Shown here: positions 57,011 through 64,000 of the stretch, in pieces
Layout of the letters: each line of letters opens with the position of its first letter
Numbering within the stretch: the stretch's first letter is position 1
Assembly (NCBI GenBank): GCA_020743695.1
Contig: DYUK01000081.1
Location: 154 to 64,153, forward strand
Source: Brevibacterium senegalense
GTDB taxonomy: Bacteria; Actinomycetota; Actinomycetes; Actinomycetales; Brevibacteriaceae
Direction: 5' to 3'
DNA length: 64,000 nt
The notes under the pieces: model-generated
What the model was told of the DNA's origin: nothing
Seen by the model: the letters and a program-made list of their open reading frames with translations, nothing else
Database searches by the model: none
Made by a program: the position numbers and the translations under genes

Positions 57011-58015
57011 ATGACCACTCGCATCGGAATCAACGGCTTCGGACGCATCGGACGGTCCTTCCTCCGCCAGACGCTCACCCACCCGGACGTGGAGGTCGTC
57101 GCGATCAACGACCTCACGGACAACGCCTCGCTGGCCCATCTCCTCACCTACGATTCCGTGTGGCGGCGCCTCGACGCCGTCGTCGACCACGACGAGGACT
57201 CGCTCTTCGTCGACGGCCGCAGCATCCGCGCGACCGCCCACTCCACGCCCGCGGAGATCCCGTGGCGCGAATACGGGGTCGACATCGTCATCGAGGCCAC
57301 CGGTCGGTTCCGCAGCGCGGACCAGGCGCGCGGCCACCTGGACGCCGGTGCCCGCACCGTCGTCATGTCCTCGCCCGGCAAGGGCGTCGACGGCATGTTC
57401 GTCATGGGCGTCAACCACACCGACTTCGACCCGCAGCGCCACACGATCGTCTCGAACGCCTCGTGCACGACGAACTGCCTCGCCCCGGTCGCGAAGGTCC
57501 TCCACGAGGGCATCGGCATCCGGTCCGGTCTCATGACGACGATCCACGCGTACACGGGGGATCAGCGCCTGGTCGACGGCAACCACAAGGACCTGCGCCG
57601 CGCCCGGGCCGCGGCCGTCAACGTCGTGCCGACGACGACGGGGGCCGCCGCTGCGGTGGGGAAGGTCCTGCCGGCCCTCGACGGTCGACTCAGCGGGCTG
57701 GCCGTGCGCGTGCCCGTCCCCACCGGCTCGCTCGTCGACCTCGTGTTCACCCCGGAGCGGGACACGGACGTCGACGAGGTCAACCGCCTCCTGCGCGAGG
57801 CCGCCGCGGGCCCCCTCGCAGGGATCCTCGCGTACACGGAGGACCCGATCGTCTCCTCCGACATCGTCATGGACGAGCACTCCGCGATCGTCGACGGGCT
57901 CCTGACGGAGCAGGTGGGCGATCAGCTCAAGGTGATCGCCTGGTACGACAACGAGTGGGGCTACTCGCACCGCCTCCTCGACCTCACCGCCCACATCGCG
58001 ACTCAGCTGGACTGA
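57011..58015 (+). CDS. gap: Type I glyceraldehyde-3-phosphate dehydrogenase
   Basis: [22 protein letters not shown] (catalytic Cys), [24 protein letters not shown]. Confidence 0.97.
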   Translation: MTTRIGINGFGRIGRSFLRQTLTHPDVEVVAINDLTDNASLAHLLTYDSVWRRLDAVVDHDEDSLFVDGRSIRATAHSTPAEIPWREYGVDIVIEATGRFRSADQARGHLDAGARTVVMSSPGKGVDGMFVMGVNHTDFDPQRHTIVSNASCTTNCLAPVAKVLHEGIGIRSGLMTTIHAYTGDQRLVDGNHKDLRRARAAAVNVVPTTTGAAAAVGKVLPALDGRLSGLAVRVPVPTGSLVDLVFTPERDTDVDEVNRLLREAAAGPLAGILAYTEDPIVSSDIVMDEHSAIVDGLLTEQVGDQLKVIAWYDNEWGYSHRLLDLTAHIATQLD

Positions 58016-58044
58016 GACGCCCCTCCCCACCGGAAAGGCCCTCC

Positions 58045-59268
58045 ATGCAGATCCTCACTCCCGCCGTCGACGTCGCAGGCAGGCGCGTCCTCGTCCGCAG
58101 CGACCTCAACGTCCCGCTGCGGGACGGCGAGATCACCGACCGGGGCAGGATCACCGCGTCCGTGCCGACCATCCGGGCCCTCGCCGAGGCCGGGGCCCGG
58201 GTCGTCGTCATGGCGCACCTGGGACGCCCCCAGGGCGAGCGGGTGCCCGAGCTGTCGCTGGCACCCGTCGCCGTCGCGCTGGCGGAGGAGCTGGGTCGTC
58301 CCGTCGCCTTCGCCTCCGACACCGTGGGCGACAGCGCCCGGGAGACGGTCGAGGCGCTGGCCGACGGCCAGGTCGCCCTGCTGGAGAACCTGCGGTTCGA
58401 CCCGCGGGAGACCTCGAAGGACCCGGGGGAGCGGGGTGCGTTCGCGGACAGCCTCGCGGAGCTCGCGGATCTGTACGTGTCCGACGGCTTCGGCGTCGTG
58501 CACCGCGAGCAGGCGAGCGTCGTGGACATCGCGCGTCGTCTGCCGGCCTACGCGGGCGGCCTCGTCGCGGCGGAGGTCGAGGTCTCGCGACGCCTGCTCG
58601 AGGACCCCGCGCGGCCGTACGCCGTCATCCTGGGCGGCTCGAAGGTCTCGGACAAGCTGGGCGTCATCCACAGCCTCCTCGAGCGCGCGGACGTCCTCAT
58701 GATCGGCGGAGGCATGGTCTTCACGTTCCTCAAGGCGCAGGGGCACGCGATCGGTGCGAGCCTCGTCGAGGAGGACCAGCTGGAGACGGTGCGCGGCTAC
58801 CTGCGGAAGGCTCAGGAGACGGGCGTCGAGATCCTCCTGCCGCAGGACATCGTCATGGCGGAGTCCTTCGACCGCGAGGCGGCGCACTGGACCGCTGCGG
58901 TCGACGCACTCGAGCAGACGCCCGGCGGTGCCTCCGCCCTGGGCCTCGACATCGGTCCCGAGGCCGCGCGGGCGTTCGCGGAGCGCGCGGCGCAGGCGCA
59001 GACGGTCTTCTGGAACGGTCCCATGGGCGTCTTCGAACTCCCCGCCTTCGCCGAGGGGACCCGCGCGGTCGCGCAGGCGCTCACGACGGCCCACGGCGGG
59101 CGCGACGCCGGTCGGCTCACGGTGGTGGGCGGCGGCGACTCCGCCGCGGCCGTGCGCGCCCTGGGCTTCGCGGACGAGGACTTCGGACACATCTCGACCG
59201 GCGGCGGCGCCTCGCTCGAGTTCCTCGAGGGGCGCGTCCTGCCGGGCCTCGCGGTGCTGGAGGGGTGA
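58045..59268 (+). CDS. pgk: Phosphoglycerate kinase
   Basis: ATG 58045; [56 protein letters not shown]. Confidence 0.97.
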   Translation: MQILTPAVDVAGRRVLVRSDLNVPLRDGEITDRGRITASVPTIRALAEAGARVVVMAHLGRPQGERVPELSLAPVAVALAEELGRPVAFASDTVGDSARETVEALADGQVALLENLRFDPRETSKDPGERGAFADSLAELADLYVSDGFGVVHREQASVVDIARRLPAYAGGLVAAEVEVSRRLLEDPARPYAVILGGSKVSDKLGVIHSLLERADVLMIGGGMVFTFLKAQGHAIGASLVEEDQLETVRGYLRKAQETGVEILLPQDIVMAESFDREAAHWTAAVDALEQTPGGASALGLDIGPEAARAFAERAAQAQTVFWNGPMGVFELPAFAEGTRAVAQALTTAHGGRDAGRLTVVGGGDSAAAVRALGFADEDFGHISTGGGASLEFLEGRVLPGLAVLEG

Positions 59269-60068
59269 GCACGATGGTGGAGACGAACCGGACCCCGCTC
59301 ATCGCGGGCAACTGGAAGATGAACCTCGATCACTTCGAGGCGCTCACGCTCATCCAGAAGCTGTCGTGGGCGCTGCGCGACCTGTCCGTCGACCTCGACC
59401 GGATCGATGTCGCGGTGATCCCGCCGTTCACGGACCTCCGCTCCGCGCAGACGCTCATCCAGGGCGAGCGGATGGATCTGACGTACGGTGCGCAGGATCT
59501 GTCGCCCCACGATGCCGGCGCCTACACCGGTGAGGTGTCCGGGGCCTTCCTGTCGCGCCTGGGCTGCACGTACGCGCTCGTGGGCCACAGCGAGCGTCGG
59601 GAGCACCACGGCGAGGACGACGTGCTCGTGGGCGCGAAGCTGCGCGCCGCGCTGCGACACGACCTCACCCCCGTCCTCTGCGTGGGCGAGCCCAGCGAGG
59701 TCCGCGACACGGGCGACCACGTCGCCCACGTCCTGGGGCAGCTGGACGGTGCCCTCGACGGGGTTCCCACCGACGACCTCGGCGGACTCGTCGTCGCCTA
59801 CGAGCCGGTGTGGGCGATCGGGACGGGGGAGACCGCCGGTCCCGCGGACGCGCAGGAGATGGCCGCGGCGATCCGGGCCCGCCTCGCGGAGGTCCACGGC
59901 GATGCCGTGGCACGGACCGCCCGCGTGCTCTACGGCGGCAGCGTCACGGCGGACAACGCGGCGGAGATCGTCGCGGGTCCGGACGTCGACGGAGCCCTGG
60001 TGGGAGGCGCCAGTCTGCACCCCACGGGTTTCGCTGAACTCATCCGCGCCGTGCACCGAGTAGACTGA
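59265..60068 (+). CDS. tpiA: Triosephosphate isomerase
   Basis: [48 protein letters not shown]. Confidence 0.97.
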   Translation: MSTMVETNRTPLIAGNWKMNLDHFEALTLIQKLSWALRDLSVDLDRIDVAVIPPFTDLRSAQTLIQGERMDLTYGAQDLSPHDAGAYTGEVSGAFLSRLGCTYALVGHSERREHHGEDDVLVGAKLRAALRHDLTPVLCVGEPSEVRDTGDHVAHVLGQLDGALDGVPTDDLGGLVVAYEPVWAIGTGETAGPADAQEMAAAIRARLAEVHGDAVARTARVLYGGSVTADNAAEIVAGPDVDGALVGGASLHPTGFAELIRAVHRVD

Positions 60069-60075
60069 GGCCACT

Positions 60076-60318
60076 ATGGAGATCCTCAACTGGACGCTCA
60101 TCGCAGTCCTCATCCTGACCAGTGTCTTCCTCACGATGCTCATCCTCATGCACAAGGGGAAGGGCGGAGGCATGTCGGACATGTTCGGCGGCGGCATGAG
60201 CTCGTCGCTGGGTTCGTCGGGAGTCGCGGAGCGCAACCTCAATCGTTTCACCGCACTCGTCGCGATCATCTGGGTCGCGAGCATCATCCTCATCGGAGTC
60301 GTCGTCCGCTTCCAGTGA
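60076..60318 (+). CDS. secG: Preprotein translocase subunit SecG
   Basis: LILMHKGKGGGMSDMFGGG..GSSGVAERNLNRFT; position after tpiA. Confidence 0.95.
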   Translation: MEILNWTLIAVLILTSVFLTMLILMHKGKGGGMSDMFGGGMSSSLGSSGVAERNLNRFTALVAIIWVASIILIGVVVRFQ

Positions 60319-60365
60319 ACGAGGCGGCCGTTCTGCGGAGCGGCCGGTCAGCGGCACGGCACCGA

Positions 60366-60412
60366 CAGCACGGGGCCCGGAGGAGAACCAGTCTCCTCCG
60401 GGCCCCGTGCTG
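60366..60412. terminator. Long hairpin between convergent secG and pgi
   Basis: CAGCACGGGGCCCGGAGGAGA-accag-TCTCCTCCGGGCCCCGTGCTG, a perfect 21-bp stem. Confidence 0.82.
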
Positions 60413-60477
60413 CGTCCTCGGATGCAGGAGGTCCAGGTCCTCTGACGCGGAACGTCCGGCGACCTGGCGGCCGGGCC

Positions 60478-62631
60478 TCAGCCCCTGCGGTCGTCGGCGT
60501 CGTGCGTGGCGGCCTCATGGCTGTCAGCCTCGGGCCCGCCGGCCTCGGATTCGCCGGCCGCGGGAGTGGCGGCTGTGGGTGACTCCTCCTCGGCTGCACC
60601 GGCCTCAACCACGTCCTCCGTGACCGTCTGATCCGCTGTGCCGGAGTCCGCTTCGTCCAGGGCAACCTCCCGGGCCTCCCGATCGTCGGCCGGATCGTCG
60701 GTCACCGCGTCCTCGGTCGCCGTGTCCTCGGTGTTCTGGCTCTGGGACGCCCCGGCGTCGGTGGCACCGACCTCGGCGGTCTCAGCACCGGACTCCGCTG
60801 CCTCTGACGCAACCGCATCAGACGCGACCGCCTCAGGCTCAGCCCCCTCAGACCCAGTCCCCTCAGGCTCAGCCCCATCAGACTCAGCCGGATCGGGCTC
60901 CACCTCGTCGACGGCCGGGGCCTCGTCCGGGAGGCGCGACGGCGCGTCCGGCAGAGTCTCGACGATCTCGAGCAGACGGCCGATCCCGGCGCTGCGGTCC
61001 GCGAGCGCCAGCGTGACGACCGGGCGTCCCAGGTCCCGGAGCACGGCGGCATCGCCCTCAGCCTGCGCCACCTGCAGCTGCGCGAACGTGAAGCCCGCCT
61101 GCGGGATCTCGAGCGACGGAGCCGCCTCCGGCTCGCCCGTGAGGAAGAGGAAGGCGCCGGTCGGACGCCCGCCCTTGTGGAATTGGCCGGTCGAGTGCAG
61201 GTACTGCGGACCCCACCCGAACGCCACGGTGCCACCGGACTTCCGGGCCAGGAGATTCCGCAGACGCGCGACGTCCCCGTCGTGCTGCGGGCTCAGGAAC
61301 GCCTGGACCGCCAGGTACTGGTCCTCGTCCTGGGGGTCGGGCAGCAGCGCGGCGAGGACCTCGGCGATCGTCGTGCCCTCGATCCCGTCGCTCAGCTGGG
61401 CCGTCAGGGGGTCGTCCTCGACCCGTGCGAGTGCGTCCGTAGGCGCCTGGTCCTGGGCCTCGGTGTCATCGACGGCCGCGGTGGTGTCGACGGCCTCGGC
61501 GTCGGTGTCCGCGTCCGGCTCGAGGAGTGCGCGGGTGCGCTGCTTCGCGGACTCGACATCGGGCTGGTCGAAGGGATTCACACCGATCTGAGCGCACACG
61601 AGCGCGACGGCGGTCTCCCAGATGAGCAGCTGGGCGCCCAGTGGTGCGTCCACGGACACGGCGATGCCGGAGATGGGCTGGTGATCGCCCTGCGCGGGCC
61701 CCGCGAAGACGAGCGCGGTCGCGGCGTGGGCGTCGCGGAACCCGTGCACCTCGATGCCCTCGCACGTGACGGGCAGGAAGCCCAGTCCGGCCTTGCCCGT
61801 CGACTCGGCGATGAGCTGCTCGAGCCACGCGGGCAGGGTCACGAGCACGGGATCCGTCGCCGCGAGCGCGAGCGTCCGGACATCGCGCGCGTGCGCGGCG
61901 ACGAGCAGGGCACCCAGCTGCAGGGCGGGATTGTCCGTGTCGTCGGTCCGGACCGCGGCGGCGACCCCGGCGGCCTCGTCGACGACCTGCTGGACATCGG
62001 CCCCCGCCAGACCGGCGGGGACGAGACCGAACGCGGACAGAGCGCTGAACCGACCGCCCACGCTGGGATCGGCGAGGAACACCCGCCGCCAGCGCTCCTC
62101 GACCGCCTGCTCCGCGAGCGTCGTTCCGGGATCCGTCACCGCGACGAGACGGCTCCGCGGATCGATGTCCCGGGACAGCAGCGCCTGCGCGAACGCCGAG
62201 GCCGCCGAGATCGTCTCGATCGTGGTCCCGGACTTCGTCGCGACGACGAGCGCGGACCGCTCCAGATCGTCGCTCTCGCACAGGGCGGCGATGTCATGCG
62301 GGTCGGTCGTGTCGACGATGGTGAGGGGAGCGCCGTGCGCGGAGGCGATCACACCTGCACCCAGCGACGACCCGCCCATCCCCGCGAGGACGAACCGATC
62401 GACGCCGTCGGCCGCGAACTCCGCGCGCAGGGCCTCGACCTGCTCGACGAGGCCGGCCGCGCGCGTGTGCAGATCCGTCCAGCCCAGGCGCGTCGCGGCG
62501 GTCTCCTGCGCGTCCTCGCCCCAGAGCGTCGCATCGCGCTCGGCGATCCGCGACGCGAGGGCCGCGTCCGCCATCTGCTGGAGCCGGGAGGTGGTCTCCT
62601 CCGGCTCCGGGAACCCGATCTCGACACTCAT
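60478..62631 (-). CDS. pgi: Glucose-6-phosphate isomerase (tal-associated actinobacterial type) with acidic C-terminal extension
   Basis: ATG 62631 overlapping the tal stop; RLGW, GMGGSSLG, KSGTTIET, VTDPG, VGGRFSAL, EQLIAESTGK, NPFDQPDVESAK, LHSTGQFHKGG. Confidence 0.9.
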   Translation of the reverse strand: MSVEIGFPEPEETTSRLQQMADAALASRIAERDATLWGEDAQETAATRLGWTDLHTRAAGLVEQVEALRAEFAADGVDRFVLAGMGGSSLGAGVIASAHGAPLTIVDTTDPHDIAALCESDDLERSALVVATKSGTTIETISAASAFAQALLSRDIDPRSRLVAVTDPGTTLAEQAVEERWRRVFLADPSVGGRFSALSAFGLVPAGLAGADVQQVVDEAAGVAAAVRTDDTDNPALQLGALLVAAHARDVRTLALAATDPVLVTLPAWLEQLIAESTGKAGLGFLPVTCEGIEVHGFRDAHAATALVFAGPAQGDHQPISGIAVSVDAPLGAQLLIWETAVALVCAQIGVNPFDQPDVESAKQRTRALLEPDADTDAEAVDTTAAVDDTEAQDQAPTDALARVEDDPLTAQLSDGIEGTTIAEVLAALLPDPQDEDQYLAVQAFLSPQHDGDVARLRNLLARKSGGTVAFGWGPQYLHSTGQFHKGGRPTGAFLFLTGEPEAAPSLEIPQAGFTFAQLQVAQAEGDAAVLRDLGRPVVTLALADRSAGIGRLLEIVETLPDAPSRLPDEAPAVDEVEPDPAESDGAEPEGTGSEGAEPEAVASDAVASEAAESGAETAEVGATDAGASQSQNTEDTATEDAVTDDPADDREAREVALDEADSGTADQTVTEDVVEAGAAEEESPTAATPAAGESEAGGPEADSHEAATHDADDRRG
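60801..60890 (-). repeat. Six degenerate tandem 15-nt units in the pgi tail
   Basis: Plus-strand units cctctgacgcaaccg / catcagacgcgaccg / cctcaggctcagccc / cctcagacccagtcc / cctcaggctcagccc / catcagactcagccg, encoding AESDG-AEPEG-TGSEG-AEPEA-VASDA-VASEA. Confidence 0.85.
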
Positions 62632-63779
62632 GTGCGACCTCCCTGCGCCTCCTGCCCGCCCCGTGCCTGGGCGAGACGGGCCGTCACCTCCGCGACCAGC
62701 TCGTCCCAGCTGGCGGAGAACTTCTCGAGGCCCTCCCGCTGGAGGGTGTCCATGACGTCCGCGTAGTCGATCCCCAGTCGCGCGAGGGCGTCGAAGTGCC
62801 GGTCCGCGGCGTCGTACGAGTCGACCATCGTGTCCGGTCCCACCTCGCCGTGGTCCGCGAACGCCTCGAGCGTCTTCTCCGGCATCGTGTTGACGGTGTC
62901 CGGGGTGACGAGATCGCTCACGTAGAGGGTATCCGGGTAGGCGGGGTCCTTCGTCCCGGTCGACGCCCACAGCAGCCGCTGGCGGCGGGCGCCCGCGGCC
63001 TCGAGGACCCGGAAACGCTCGGAGTCGAAGAGCTGACCGGCGATGCGGTGGGTGAGGCGGCAGTTCGCCAGTCCCGCCCGACCCCGCAGGTCACGGGCCT
63101 CGTCCGTGTCCAGAGCGTCCAGTCGGGCGTCGATCTCCGTGTCGATGCGCGAGACGAAGACCGAGGCGACGGAGTGGAGGGTCGAGAGGTCGACCCCCGC
63201 CTCCCGCGCGCGCTCGAGGCCGCTCAGGTAGCCCTCGACGACGCCGCGGTACTGGTTGAGGCTGAAGATGAGGGTGACGTTCACGCTGATCCCGCGCTCC
63301 AGCACGCGGGGGATCGCGAAGACGCCCTCCTCCGTCGCCGGGATCTTGATGAGCACGTTGGGGCGATCGACCGCGCGGGCCAGCCGGGTGGCCGCCTCGA
63401 TGGTCGCGTCGCCCTCGTGCGCCAGGCCGGGGGAGACCTCGAGCGAGACACGACCGTCCGCACCGCTCGTCCGCTCCCACACGGGCAGGAGCAGATCGCA
63501 CGCGTCGCGCACGTCTGCGACCGTGAGCGCGTCGATCGTCGTCTCCGCATCCGCATCGGAGCGTGCCAGCTCCGTCAGCTGCGCGGTGTACGCGTCATCG
63601 GAGGCGATCGCCTGGGCGAAGATCGTGGGGTTCGTCGTGACGCCCACGACGGAGCGGGTGGCGACGAGCTCCGCGAGCGAGCCGGACTCCAGCCGCGTCC
63701 GCGACAGATCGTCGAGCCAGACGGAGACGCCGGCGGCGGACAGCCGGGCCAGGGGTGCGTTCTGGACGGAGGCGGTCAT
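62628..63779 (-). CDS. tal: Transaldolase (actinobacterial long type)
   Basis: VSVWLDDLSR, GVTTNPTIF, VSLEVSP, IKIPAT, NVTLIFS, LLWASTGTKDP, VNTMPEKT. Confidence 0.96.
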   Translation of the reverse strand: MTASVQNAPLARLSAAGVSVWLDDLSRTRLESGSLAELVATRSVVGVTTNPTIFAQAIASDDAYTAQLTELARSDADAETTIDALTVADVRDACDLLLPVWERTSGADGRVSLEVSPGLAHEGDATIEAATRLARAVDRPNVLIKIPATEEGVFAIPRVLERGISVNVTLIFSLNQYRGVVEGYLSGLERAREAGVDLSTLHSVASVFVSRIDTEIDARLDALDTDEARDLRGRAGLANCRLTHRIAGQLFDSERFRVLEAAGARRQRLLWASTGTKDPAYPDTLYVSDLVTPDTVNTMPEKTLEAFADHGEVGPDTMVDSYDAADRHFDALARLGIDYADVMDTLQREGLEKFSASWDELVAEVTARLAQARGGQEAQGGRT

Positions 63780-64000
63780 CGGATCTCCTCTGCGACGGCG
63801 GCGAGCGACTCCTGTGCGGCGGCGACCACGGCCTCGGCGGTAATGCCGAACTTCTCGAAGAGCAGGGCGCCGGGGGCCGAGGCCCCGTAGTGCTCGAGCG
63901 AGACGGCCCGGCCGTGCTCGCCCAGGTAGCGGTGCCAGCTCTGGGCGATGCCGGCCTCGACGCTCACCCGGGCGCGGACGGACCGGGGGAGGACGGACTC
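63776..64000 (-). CDS. tkt: Transketolase C-terminus (5'-truncated by window edge)
   Basis: ESVLPRSVRARVSVEAG..QSW...SLEHYGASAPGALLFEKFGITAEAVV; directly upstream of tal. Confidence 0.9.
   Translation of the reverse strand, partial: ESVLPRSVRARVSVEAGIAQSWHRYLGEHGRAVSLEHYGASAPGALLFEKFGITAEAVVAAAQESLAAVAEEIR

Noticed and set aside
60348-60665. 105-aa minus-strand ORF overlapping the pgi tail
   Set aside because: It is an alternate frame of the low-complexity pgi tail and runs through the terminator hairpin; P/R-rich with no motif.

Overview
Very GC-rich actinobacterial chromosome segment. Gene order and protein style suggest Micrococcales, possibly Brevibacterium-like (inference). It is almost entirely core genome: carB(partial)-pyrF-mihF-gmk-rpoZ-coaBC-metK-priA-fmt-rsmB-rpe, a PnuC/PnuX transporter, hisEG...hisFI, trpE-(2 membrane genes)-trpCBA-lgt-gltBD-pyk, tRNA-Leu(CAA), an ANTAR response regulator, polA, rpsA, coaE, uvrB, a yybP-ykoY riboswitch with terC, a DUF3516-type helicase, uvrA-uvrC-rapZ-yvcK-whiA, gap-pgk-tpiA-secG, and the convergent tkt(partial)-tal-pgi. 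I found no mobile element, prophage, CRISPR array or defence system. The best departures from the canonical layout are: (1) a class III CoA-transferase + AccD3-like carboxyltransferase pair inserted in the his operon; (2) a lone GT-C-like membrane protein between rpsA and coaE; (3) rib biosynthesis genes missing from their usual place while the PnuX-type transporter is kept; (4) zwf-opcA-pgl missing after pgi, with Pgi carrying a long acidic repeat tail and GAPDH carrying Asn at the Pro188 cofactor position; (5) a shared PafBC-type TGTCCG-N10-TA promoter at uvrA and uvrB; (6) at least ten predicted leaderless genes. I cannot claim a wholly new system from the sequence alone. All functional calls come from motif recognition by eye, without database searches.
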